From assembly GCA_963667255.1 (NCBI GenBank), contig OY762940.1, positions 640,001 through 704,000 on the forward strand: DNA of 64,000 nt, written 5' to 3'. Both the position numbers and the translations under genes were made by a program. This DNA comes from Candidatus Cloacimonadota bacterium. Lineage in GTDB: Bacteria > Cloacimonadota > Cloacimonadia > G963667145. Below the pieces are notes generated by a model, which saw only the letters and a program-made list of their open reading frames with translations, was not told the origin of the DNA and searched no databases. Positions 47,668 through 57,061 of the stretch are shown piece after piece. Within the stretch, counting starts at the first letter, position 1, and the number at the start of each line of letters is the position of its first letter.

Positions 47668-50019
47668 ATGATTAATTTGGAGAGAATAAATAACTGGTTT
47701 AATTCGTATGGTAAATGGCTTGTTAGGAATAGGTTATGGTATTTTTTGTTTTTTGTTTTGCTGTTGGCGGTGTCCATAATCGGTTTGCCAAAATTGCAAT
47801 CGTCGGCTGATGAGGACAATTGGTTTGGCAAGAAAGATAGAACGATTATCGATCAAAACAAGATGGAAGAGATATTTGGGAATACGGATATTGCCGCTGT
47901 GCATGTGAGTGTCAAAAATATTTTTACCAGGCAAAATCTGGAGTTGATAAGGAAGCTCGGGCAAGATTTGGAAGACAATGTTCCTTATGCTGACGATGTT
48001 TTTAGCATCACTTCGCTGGAGTATAGCCAAGGCAGTGAGTGGGGAATTGAGATAGAGGATTTGATTCCAGAGGATATTCCCGACGACCAAGAGGCTTTGG
48101 ACAAATTGCGAGAAAAAGCCATCTCCAAGGAGCTAATCAAAGGGCAGGTAATTAGTGAAGATTGCACGGAAGCTTGGATAATCTTGCGACTTCTCAGATA
48201 CAAGGACGGCGATGACGAAGCGACTTTGAAAATTGGGAAAAGATTTTTGGAGGTGGTCAATAAACCGCTTTATGCTCCTCTGTCTCCCAAAGCGACGGGT
48301 GTGCCTGTGATAATGTATGAGAAGACGAATTTTTTTAGCCACGAAACTCCGCGAGTGATGAAATTCTCTTTTTTGGTCGTTTTCTTGATTTTGCTCGTAT
48401 CTCTGCGGTCTGTGCGAGGGATTTTCATTCCCTTTTTGACTATCGCTTTCAGTTTGCTGATAGTTTTCGGATTGCAAGGGCATTTGGGCATCACGATAGA
48501 CCCCACGGTGGTAACGATGCCGATTTTTTTGGGACTTTCGGTTGCTGTCGGCTACAATATTCACATTTTCCATTTTTATCAAGATTATCGCAAAAAAACC
48601 GGAAAGGTAAAGGAAGCGGTTTACTACACTTTGCAAGAGAGCGGTTGGCCAATTTTGTTCACGGCACTCACCACCATTCTTGCCTTGTTTTCCTTCCTTT
48701 TCATCTCCTCTCCGCTTTTGCAATGGATTGGCTTGGCATCGGCTTCGCTTGTTTTCGTGAGCTTGCTTTTGGTCTTGAGTTTCACTCCGATTTTGCTCTC
48801 CTTTGGCAAAGATAAGGCGGTTGCTCCCAACAAGGTGCTTGCCAGAGGTGTAAGGCTAAATAAATGGCTTGCAGGGTTTAGCGACTGGATTTTCGGCAAT
48901 AGAAAGAAGATAATTTTCTTTTACATCTTAATAACCTTGATAGGTGCTTGCGGGTTTTTTATGTTTAGGATTTCTTTCAGTCCAGTGGATTCCATCGGGC
49001 TTAAAGTCCCTTATGTCAAGCGAGTAAATGCGATTGCTCACTCCCAGATAGGTGCACTTGCCTCTTACAATATCATCATAGAATTTCCCGAAAATGATGC
49101 GGTAAAAGAGCCTAAAAATATGAAGAAGCTCGATGAGTTGGTCAAGTTTATCGAGACGAAAACGGTTTTGACCAAACGGGTGAGTTCGATTGTCAAAATC
49201 ATTAAAGATATGAACAAGGTGCTTTTTGACAATAAAGATGCCGAATACAAAATTCCCGACACAAGGCAGGCGATTGCTCAGGAGCTTTTGCTTTACGAAA
49301 ATTCGGGAGGAACAGAGGCAACTCGCTGGATAGACTACGATTACAAAAGGTATCGTATTCAAGTGGAATTGCCTGAGATGGACACGAAAATTGCTGACCA
49401 AGACATCATCAAAATCAAGGAGAAAGCTCGGCAACTTTTCCCCGATGCCAAGGTAAACGAAGTGGGAACTTTGGCAAAGATGGTGGTTATGGCAGAGCGA
49501 GTGACTTATGGGCAATTGTTCTCTTTTTTCATCGCTTTGGTGATAGTCGCCATTACCCTGATGGTAGCTTTCGGTGGTGTGCGAGTGGGACTTGTGGGTA
49601 TGATTCCCAACATCACTCCGGCGATTTTGGCAGGTGGTGCTATGGGCTATTTGGACATTCCGCTGGATATGATTACCGTGACCATTATGCCCATGATTTT
49701 GGGTTTGGCGGTCGATGACACCATTCACTTTATCAATCATTACAAACTCTATTACAACGAATATGGCGATTACAAAAGGGCTTCCGCCAGATGTTTCACT
49801 TCCATAGGAGTGGCTCTGATTACCACTTCGGTGATTTTGATTTTGAATTATGCGGTCTATCTCTCCTCCACAGCCGCTATGCTCCAACATGTGGGACTAT
49901 TGGCGATAATCGGTATCGGCTCGGCACTTTTGGCAGATTTTTTCATCACTCCAATTTTAATCAGAATGCTCGAACCTTTTGGCAAACATATAGATAGCAA
50001 GGAAAAAAATGAGAGTTAA
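47668..50019 (+). CDS. MMPL/RND-family transporter
   Basis: Two TM bundles with large periplasmic loops; GLAVDDTIHF. Confidence 0.9.
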   Translation: MINLERINNWFNSYGKWLVRNRLWYFLFFVLLLAVSIIGLPKLQSSADEDNWFGKKDRTIIDQNKMEEIFGNTDIAAVHVSVKNIFTRQNLELIRKLGQDLEDNVPYADDVFSITSLEYSQGSEWGIEIEDLIPEDIPDDQEALDKLREKAISKELIKGQVISEDCTEAWIILRLLRYKDGDDEATLKIGKRFLEVVNKPLYAPLSPKATGVPVIMYEKTNFFSHETPRVMKFSFLVVFLILLVSLRSVRGIFIPFLTIAFSLLIVFGLQGHLGITIDPTVVTMPIFLGLSVAVGYNIHIFHFYQDYRKKTGKVKEAVYYTLQESGWPILFTALTTILALFSFLFISSPLLQWIGLASASLVFVSLLLVLSFTPILLSFGKDKAVAPNKVLARGVRLNKWLAGFSDWIFGNRKKIIFFYILITLIGACGFFMFRISFSPVDSIGLKVPYVKRVNAIAHSQIGALASYNIIIEFPENDAVKEPKNMKKLDELVKFIETKTVLTKRVSSIVKIIKDMNKVLFDNKDAEYKIPDTRQAIAQELLLYENSGGTEATRWIDYDYKRYRIQVELPEMDTKIADQDIIKIKEKARQLFPDAKVNEVGTLAKMVVMAERVTYGQLFSFFIALVIVAITLMVAFGGVRVGLVGMIPNITPAILAGGAMGYLDIPLDMITVTIMPMILGLAVDDTIHFINHYKLYYNEYGDYKRASARCFTSIGVALITTSVILILNYAVYLSSTAAMLQHVGLLAIIGIGSALLADFFITPILIRMLEPFGKHIDSKEKNES

Positions 50020-50566
50020 AGAAGATATTTGTCCGGTTGGTAAATCGGAAATGCTTTTGAGCAAATTCAGAAAGCTAATTCACAATCCGCAAAGAATGTT
50101 TTCGCCTTTTGTAAAGCAGGGTTGCAAAGTTTTGGAAATTGGTTGCGGTCCTGGGTTTTTTACTCTACCTTTGGCAAAAATGGTAGGAAATAGCGGAAAG
50201 GTTTTTGCTCTGGATTTGCAAGAGGGGATGTTGGAGATTTTGCAAAAAAGGGCTAAACTTGCGGAAGTTGACAGGCAAATCGAGAGTGTATTGTCTTCGG
50301 CTTCAGAGTTTAAATTGGCGGAGAAGGTCGATTTTGTTTTATTGTTTTATGTGATTCATGAAGTGCCAAACCCTTTGTCAGTTTTCCGCAAAATTTATGA
50401 GCATTGTCATCAAGGCACAAGGGTTTATTACACCGAACCGCCTTTTCATGTGGATAAGGGAAAATTTGCAGAGTTCTTGGAAATTGCTCAACAAGCCGGT
50501 TTTATCGTGGAGAAAAAATTCGGGATTTTGGATAAAACTGCAATTTTGAGAGCAAGCCATGTATAA
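50009..50566 (+). CDS. Class I SAM-dependent methyltransferase
   Basis: VLEIGCGPGFF; ALDLQ. Confidence 0.88.
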   Translation: MRVKEDICPVGKSEMLLSKFRKLIHNPQRMFSPFVKQGCKVLEIGCGPGFFTLPLAKMVGNSGKVFALDLQEGMLEILQKRAKLAEVDRQIESVLSSASEFKLAEKVDFVLLFYVIHEVPNPLSVFRKIYEHCHQGTRVYYTEPPFHVDKGKFAEFLEIAQQAGFIVEKKFGILDKTAILRASHV

Positions 50567-51356
50567 CGAAAATATTGGATTTGCTTTTATTTTGACATTG
50601 TTTGCCGGACTTTCCACGGGCATTGGCAGTGCTTTAGCATTTTTTGCCAAGCGGACAAACACCAATTTTTTGTCTGTTGCTCTCGGATTTTCTGCTGGAG
50701 TGATGATTTTCGTCTCTTTTGTGGAGATTTTTCCCGAAGCCAAGCACAGCCTTATTTCTCAATATGGTGATAATCTTGGTGTCTCTTTGGCAACTTTGGC
50801 ACTATTTGTCGGAATGCTTTTGGCTGCAGGTATCGACAAATTAATCCCCAATCATGAAAATCCGCACGAGCCGAAATTGGTGGAAGATATGGCTGTGAAC
50901 AACTCTGACAAACTCTATCGAATGGGGATTTTTTCCGCCATCGCCATTGCTGTTCACAATTTTCCCGAAGGTTTGGCGACATTTGTGGCAGCACTGGGCG
51001 ACTCCCAGATGGGCATAGCCATTGCGGTTGCCATCGCCATTCACAATATTCCCGAAGGAATAGCCGTCAGTGTGCCGATTTACTATGCGACTGGCGATAG
51101 AAAAAAGGCTTTCTATTTGTCTTTTCTTTCAGGGTTGGCAGAGCCTGTTGGAGCAATTATCGGCTATTTGCTTTTGTTGCCATTTATGAACGAATCTGTT
51201 TTCGGATTTCTCTTTGCTCTGATAGCCGGAATAATGATTTTCATCTCCTTCGATGAACTTTTACCGGCATCGGAAAAATACGGCGAACATCATTTGTCGA
51301 TTTACGGATTGATAGGTGGAATGTTAGTGATGGCAATCAGTTTGCTGCTTTTATAA
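50559..51356 (+). CDS. zupT: ZIP-family zinc transporter
   Basis: HNFPEG; HNIPEG; SGLAEP; DELLP. Confidence 0.95.
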   Translation: MYNENIGFAFILTLFAGLSTGIGSALAFFAKRTNTNFLSVALGFSAGVMIFVSFVEIFPEAKHSLISQYGDNLGVSLATLALFVGMLLAAGIDKLIPNHENPHEPKLVEDMAVNNSDKLYRMGIFSAIAIAVHNFPEGLATFVAALGDSQMGIAIAVAIAIHNIPEGIAVSVPIYYATGDRKKAFYLSFLSGLAEPVGAIIGYLLLLPFMNESVFGFLFALIAGIMIFISFDELLPASEKYGEHHLSIYGLIGGMLVMAISLLLL

Positions 51357-51368
51357 CAAGGAAAATTT

Positions 51369-52019
51369 ATGGTAGCATTTTCTCAAGAGATGAAGTTGGA
51401 AAAACGAAACGAAATTTTGCAAGTGGCACTCAAGCATTTCAGCGAAAAATCTTTTCATAGTGTTTCTTTGCGAAAGATAGCCGTGGAGCTTGACCTCAGT
51501 GTGGGCAATTTATACAACTATTTTCACAATAAAGATGCCTTGTTCAAAGCCGTGCTTTCTCCGCTTTTGGAGAAGATGGAGAAGGTGAAAAAAATGATAA
51601 CTATGCATTCCAAACTTGATTTTAATGAAGTCGATGAGGATTTGGAGTCTCACATAAAAATTGGGGAATCGATAGCGGAATTTGTGTCTATGCACAAAAA
51701 TTTGTTTTATATTTTGTTTTTTCACAGCAAAGGCTCGTCCTTAGAACATATTTTGGACGATTTAATCGATTTTAATACGGAAAGAATTCACAAGGAGATT
51801 TGTAGCAAATGGGGAGATGAAATTTTTGACGAGTTTTTTGTTCACAATATAATCTCTTACTCTTTCAACACCATCAAAGAGAGTCTGATGCACGATTTGT
51901 CTCCAGAGCAACGGAAAAAGGCTTTCAGGGAGATGATGGCTTTTACTTATTGTGGAGTTATAGGTCTTGCTACGAGAAATTATAGTAAGGGTAAAATAGA
52001 TTTCCAAAAATTATTTTAA
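51369..52019 (+). CDS. TetR/AcrR-family transcriptional regulator
   Basis: N-terminal HTH: SLRKIA..L.LSVGNLYNYF.NKD.LF. Confidence 0.92.
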   Translation: MVAFSQEMKLEKRNEILQVALKHFSEKSFHSVSLRKIAVELDLSVGNLYNYFHNKDALFKAVLSPLLEKMEKVKKMITMHSKLDFNEVDEDLESHIKIGESIAEFVSMHKNLFYILFFHSKGSSLEHILDDLIDFNTERIHKEICSKWGDEIFDEFFVHNIISYSFNTIKESLMHDLSPEQRKKAFREMMAFTYCGVIGLATRNYSKGKIDFQKLF

Positions 52020-52148
52020 TAGCTAATATTTAGTTCTTTCATTTCCAATAAGATAACGAAGTTGAGGAAAAATTGAATTTTGTCGTTTTTTCTTGACTTC
52101 TTTTTGTATTACAAAGAAATAAGTGTGATACATAGGGGAATGATAAAT

Positions 52149-53783
52149 ATGGGTAGAAAAAAACTGGATAAAATTCAGCAGATTTTTTTATTTGACGGTA
52201 TAGCTCAGAAGCAAGAAGAGCCTGTTTCTGCCGTTCCCACTGGGGCGAAGGAAGAGGCAGCTAAGAAGGTAGAAGTTCCGAAAAATCATCAGATAGTTTT
52301 CCCGAAACTTTTGGGGAAAAACAATCGAATGAATATCCAAGGCAAACAGGTGTCTTTCGATTTTGTCCATCAGGTTGAGAGTTTTCTTTTGCATAATGAA
52401 ATCCCTCTCAAAGGCAAAAAGTTTCTTCTCGGTGTGTCAGGCGGAAGTGACTCTGTGGCAATGCTTTTGGCTTTCTACTATTTGCGGAATAAATACGATT
52501 TGAAATTGCTGGTTTCCCATATCAATTATAAACTTCGAGGCGAGGAAAGTGATGCCGATTGTGAGCTTTTGCGAAAGATTTGTTTTGAGAAAAATATTTT
52601 GTTGGAAGTAAAAGAGATAGATGGTGCAGGGCAGTCGGAGAAAGGGCTTAGGGATATTAGGTTTGCGGAGTTTGCCAGAATTGCCGAGCGAGACAAAATC
52701 AAGAATCTCTGTCTTGCTCATAACAAAAATGACCAAGTTGAGACGGTGTTGTTTAACATTGTGCGTGGTTCTGGTGTGTCGGGTGCTGCTGGTATCAAAA
52801 AATGCATTCACTTAAATTCCAATCTGCTGTTGTCGCACCCTCTTTTGAATATGGAGCGGAAACAAATTACAGAATTTCTGACTGACCAAAATGTTCAGTG
52901 GGCGGAGGACAGGACGAATGCCGAGCCGGTTTATTCACGGAACAAAATCCGCTTGGAGTTGTTGCCGTGGCTACGGGATAATCTGAACAATAATGTTTTG
53001 AACAATATCTTTGAGTTTTCGTCTATTCTGAATGAAAATCATCTTTTTTGGCAAGAGCAGGTAAAGAGCAAAATGAATCGCTTGAAGAATAAGGGCGAAA
53101 GCGAACAAGGACTGCATTGTTTCCCGATATCCAAACTGAAAAAAGAGAGCCCGCTACTGCGATATTACTTGTATAAGGAATATCACGAAGAGTTTACGGG
53201 GAAACCTGAGGGGTTTTATCGGCAACATTTTAACGAGATAGAAAAGATTCTTAAGTCCAATGGTTCGGTGAGTATTTCGCTTTTTGAGGGGAAGATGTCT
53301 GTTATCAAAGAGTATGACAATTTGTTCTTTAGCGAACACGACTTTACGAAAGGAGATATTTCGGAAGAGTCTTTGGTGTTGCCAAAAATTTCGAAAGTTT
53401 TTGTGTATAATAATTACCGATTTAGATTGTCCAAGGCGATTAAGATTCCCGAGGAGTTCGATAGGACTCGTTTTGCTTTTCTAAATTACGAGAAATTGGA
53501 GTTTCCACTTGTCGTGAGGACGGCTGTCACCGGCGATAAATTCACGCCTGTGGGGATGAAGGGGCATAAAAAATTAAGGGACTTTTTTGTTGACGAAAAG
53601 GTCTCCAAATTTGAGAGGAAAAGGATACCCATTCTTACTGATATGAAAGGCATTGTTTGGGTTGGAGGCTATAGAGTAGATAACAGAACTGTTGCCGATG
53701 CAAATTGCGGGAATATTCTGAAGATTGAGTTGGAAGAATTGGACAAGTCTAGAACTGCCCGAAGAAGAGGTAGAAGGAGTTAA
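52149..53783 (+). CDS. tilS: tRNA(Ile)-lysidine synthetase
   Basis: GVSGGSDS; AHNKNDQVET; ED.TN...YSRN.IR; tilS-hpt-ftsH synteny. Confidence 0.93.
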   Translation: MGRKKLDKIQQIFLFDGIAQKQEEPVSAVPTGAKEEAAKKVEVPKNHQIVFPKLLGKNNRMNIQGKQVSFDFVHQVESFLLHNEIPLKGKKFLLGVSGGSDSVAMLLAFYYLRNKYDLKLLVSHINYKLRGEESDADCELLRKICFEKNILLEVKEIDGAGQSEKGLRDIRFAEFARIAERDKIKNLCLAHNKNDQVETVLFNIVRGSGVSGAAGIKKCIHLNSNLLLSHPLLNMERKQITEFLTDQNVQWAEDRTNAEPVYSRNKIRLELLPWLRDNLNNNVLNNIFEFSSILNENHLFWQEQVKSKMNRLKNKGESEQGLHCFPISKLKKESPLLRYYLYKEYHEEFTGKPEGFYRQHFNEIEKILKSNGSVSISLFEGKMSVIKEYDNLFFSEHDFTKGDISEESLVLPKISKVFVYNNYRFRLSKAIKIPEEFDRTRFAFLNYEKLEFPLVVRTAVTGDKFTPVGMKGHKKLRDFFVDEKVSKFERKRIPILTDMKGIVWVGGYRVDNRTVADANCGNILKIELEELDKSRTARRRGRRS

Positions 53784-53787
53784 ACCT

Positions 53788-54330
53788 ATGGACGACAGAT
53801 TTTCCAAGATAATTTTATCCGAAGACGAGATACAAGATAGAATTAAAGGGTTATCGCAAGAGATTTCTGATTTTTATCGTGGCACTTGCCCTGTTTTTGT
53901 CTGTGTTTTGAAAGGTGCTGTTTTCTTCCTTACCGACCTTACCAAAAATTTAACTATCGATTGCGAAGTGGATTTTATGGATGTTTCCAGTTACGGTGCT
54001 GGCAGGAGTAGCTCCGGCGTTGTGCAAATCAGCAAAGATTTGACCGACCAAATCGAGGGTAGGGATGTTGTGATTGTGGAGGATATTTTTGATACTGGTC
54101 TTACCTTGAACTACTTGGTGGGGCATCTGCGGAACAAAGCACCTCGTTCCATTAAAATTTGCACTTTGCTTGACCGTCCTCACAAAAGAGATGCAGGTGT
54201 AAAATTGAAAGCTGATTTTGTCGGGTTTACGCTTAATAAGAGTGATTTTTTGGTTGGATATGGATTGGACGACAACCAAATAATGAGAAATTTGCCGTTT
54301 ATCGGAGTGCTTAAAAAGGATGATTTATAA
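53788..54330 (+). CDS. hpt: Hypoxanthine phosphoribosyltransferase
   Basis: VLKGA; VSSYG; IVEDIFDTGLT; GYGLD. Confidence 0.96.
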   Translation: MDDRFSKIILSEDEIQDRIKGLSQEISDFYRGTCPVFVCVLKGAVFFLTDLTKNLTIDCEVDFMDVSSYGAGRSSSGVVQISKDLTDQIEGRDVVIVEDIFDTGLTLNYLVGHLRNKAPRSIKICTLLDRPHKRDAGVKLKADFVGFTLNKSDFLVGYGLDDNQIMRNLPFIGVLKKDDL

Positions 54331-54332
54331 AA

Positions 54333-56207
54333 ATGAGTAACAAAAAGGGAAACAAGTTGCCTGAGTTTAAGAGACCCAATGTGACTTTGATATTAGTAAT
54401 TGTTTTTGTCGGAATACTTTTTTACCAAATGTTTTTTTCGATTGATATGGGGTTGAAAGAGGTCAGTTATTCCACATTCGTGGAGATGAGTAACTCGGGG
54501 CAAGTATTGTCTGCCAGTTTTGACGAAAAGGATGTTCGCTTTACCACTGTCGACGGTATGAAGTATTCGACCTATTTGCCTTTTCAAGACCCGCAGTTAG
54601 TGAGCAAGCTGCAATCTAACGGGGTGAATGTTTCTTCGCATAAGCCGTCTTTTTTGGCATCAGTCATCTTGTCGTGGTTTCCTTTCTTAATCTTCATCTT
54701 TATTTGGATATTTTTGATGCGTTCCATGGGTGGTGGAAGCAAGGCTTTTAGTTTTGGCAAAAATAAAGCACAATTGGTAAACAAAGAGGATATTAACACG
54801 ACTTTTGAAGATGTTGCCGGTATTGACGAGGCTAAGTCTGAACTTGAAGAGATTGTGGAGTTTCTGAAAAATCCTGATAAATATTTGTCGCTGGGTGGTA
54901 GGATACCGAGAGGAGTTTTGCTACAGGGGCATCCCGGAACGGGAAAAACTCTTTTGGCGAGAGCTGTTGCCGGAGAAGCCGGAGTTCCTTTCTTTAGGAT
55001 GAGCGGCTCCGATTTCGTGGAGATGTTCGTGGGTGTTGGAGCTTCTAGAGTTCGTAATCTTTTTGAGGTTGCCAAGAAGAACGCTCCTTGTATAGCTTTC
55101 ATTGACGAGATAGATGCTGTCGGTCGCCATCGTGGCACGGGACTTGGCGGTGGTCATGACGAGAGGGAGCAAACTCTAAATCAGCTTTTGGTGGAGATGG
55201 ACGGTTTTACGGAGAACGACTCCATGATAATCATAGCGGCTACCAATAGACCCGATGTGCTTGACCCTGCTTTGTTGCGTCCGGGTAGATTTGACAGGCA
55301 AGTTACGGTTGATTTGCCCGATATTCGTGGTCGAGAAGCTATCCTGAAAGTGCATGCGAAGAAAATCAAAATGCAAAAAGATTTGAGCTTCTCTACTATC
55401 GCCAGAGCTACTGCGGGATTCTCGGGTGCTGATTTGGCAAACTTGCTTAACGAAGCAGCACTGATAACAGCAGGCAAGGAGAAGACGGAAGTTTCGTTGC
55501 AAGAGGTGGAAGAAGCTAAGGACAAGATAATTTTGGGTAAAGAGAAGAAAAATAAAGTGATTTCGGAAGAGGACAAAAAGATTACCTCTTATCATGAAGT
55601 CGGGCATGTGATTACTTCCATTTGTCAGCCTCTTTCCGACCCGTTGCACAAAGTTTCCATTATCCCCAGAGGGTTTACAGCCGGAGCGACACACTATTTG
55701 CAAACCGACAGGAGCAACTATTCCAAAGACTATTTGATTCAAATGCTTGTCCAGTTGTTGGGTGGCAGAGCAGCAGAGGAGTTGAAGTTCGACTCCATCA
55801 CTACCGGTGCCAGCAACGACATTTCTCGTTCTACCGATATTGCCAAAAAGATGACTTGCTCTTGGGGAATGAGCGATTCTTTTGGTCCTATGGCGGTTAC
55901 TCGTGAGCAGGAACAGACTTTTTTGGGCAAAGAGTTGGCTCATCACGACTCTATTAGTCAATATTTGAGTGAAAAGGCTGACCAGCAAATTCAGAAATTT
56001 ATCTCGGATGCATACGCTGATGCCAAGCGGATTTTGACTAAGCAGGACAAACTTTTGGTCGCTCTTTCCGAGGAACTTTTGATTAAGGAAACTTTGGAAC
56101 TTGATGAGATTTTTGACATCTGTTTTGAGAAAGCTACTGACGACATCAAAGATTTGTTGAGCGAAAAATATGAAAAGGCTAAGGAACTTAGAATAAGTGC
56201 AGATTAA
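54333..56207 (+). CDS. ftsH: ATP-dependent zinc metalloprotease FtsH
   Basis: Two TM segments; [22 protein letters not shown]. Confidence 0.97.
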   Translation: MSNKKGNKLPEFKRPNVTLILVIVFVGILFYQMFFSIDMGLKEVSYSTFVEMSNSGQVLSASFDEKDVRFTTVDGMKYSTYLPFQDPQLVSKLQSNGVNVSSHKPSFLASVILSWFPFLIFIFIWIFLMRSMGGGSKAFSFGKNKAQLVNKEDINTTFEDVAGIDEAKSELEEIVEFLKNPDKYLSLGGRIPRGVLLQGHPGTGKTLLARAVAGEAGVPFFRMSGSDFVEMFVGVGASRVRNLFEVAKKNAPCIAFIDEIDAVGRHRGTGLGGGHDEREQTLNQLLVEMDGFTENDSMIIIAATNRPDVLDPALLRPGRFDRQVTVDLPDIRGREAILKVHAKKIKMQKDLSFSTIARATAGFSGADLANLLNEAALITAGKEKTEVSLQEVEEAKDKIILGKEKKNKVISEEDKKITSYHEVGHVITSICQPLSDPLHKVSIIPRGFTAGATHYLQTDRSNYSKDYLIQMLVQLLGGRAAEELKFDSITTGASNDISRSTDIAKKMTCSWGMSDSFGPMAVTREQEQTFLGKELAHHDSISQYLSEKADQQIQKFISDAYADAKRILTKQDKLLVALSEELLIKETLELDEIFDICFEKATDDIKDLLSEKYEKAKELRISAD

Positions 56208-56219
56208 TTCTAATTAATA

Positions 56220-56296
56220 GCCCCCGTAGCTCATTTGGATAGAGCGTTTGATTCCGGTTCAAAAGGCAGGAGGTTCGAGTCCTCTCGGGGGTACCA
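56220..56296 (+). tRNA. tRNA-Arg(CCG)
   Basis: TTTGA-TTCCGGT-TCAAA anticodon arm; GTTCGAGT T-loop; CCA end. Confidence 0.95.
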
Positions 56297-56302
56297 TTTG
56301 TT

Positions 56303-57061
56303 ATGCAATATTATAAAGATAAAGGTAAAATTTTCTTTCAAGTCGGACTAATCACCGCAGTAAGTGTGGTGATTTTGTTTTTGTCTTATGGATGGCTGAC
56401 TAGGGTTTTTACCGATAGCAAATATCAGAGCGTGAAAGTTTCTTTCTCTTCGGCAAGCGGACTCTCCGAGGGAGCAACCGTTTGTATTCGTGGTGTGCCC
56501 AGAGGGCTCGTGAATAAAGTGGAGATTACGGCAGACGGTGTCATTTTCGACTTGAAAGTTGAGTTGCCGATAGTCCTGTGTGAAGGGACTCAGTTCATCG
56601 TGGAAGACATAGATATGATGGGCAACAAGCAAATTGATATTTTGCCGAAAACTACAGGTAACAAATTGGATTTGCAAGAGATACATCAAGGAGAAGTCAA
56701 GATTACTTTGACTCGCTTCATTGGTAAACTTGACGATATTTTGAGCAGTTTGGAAATCGAAAAAATCAAAGTTGAGAATTTTAGAGAACTCAATACGCAT
56801 ATTAATGGCGTTCTGTCGCAACTGAATCTTCTACTTACCAAGATGAATGAAAATGACGGTATGCTTGACCAAACTAACGAAGTTGTCCGCAAAACCAACG
56901 AAATTCTCGGCAAGATTAACGACGAAAATTCCTCTGCCAACAAGTTTTTAACCGATACAATTTTGTATAGGCAGATTTCTACCAGTATTAAGAGGGTTGA
57001 CTCCATTCTCATTGATGTAAAGGCAAATCCGTCCAAATATTTCAAGATTGAAGTTTTTTAG
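56303..57061 (+). CDS. MlaD/MCE-family protein
   Basis: N-terminal TM; F.SASGL..G..V...GV..G.V; C-terminal DVKANP.KY. Confidence 0.85.
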   Translation: MQYYKDKGKIFFQVGLITAVSVVILFLSYGWLTRVFTDSKYQSVKVSFSSASGLSEGATVCIRGVPRGLVNKVEITADGVIFDLKVELPIVLCEGTQFIVEDIDMMGNKQIDILPKTTGNKLDLQEIHQGEVKITLTRFIGKLDDILSSLEIEKIKVENFRELNTHINGVLSQLNLLLTKMNENDGMLDQTNEVVRKTNEILGKINDENSSANKFLTDTILYRQISTSIKRVDSILIDVKANPSKYFKIEVF

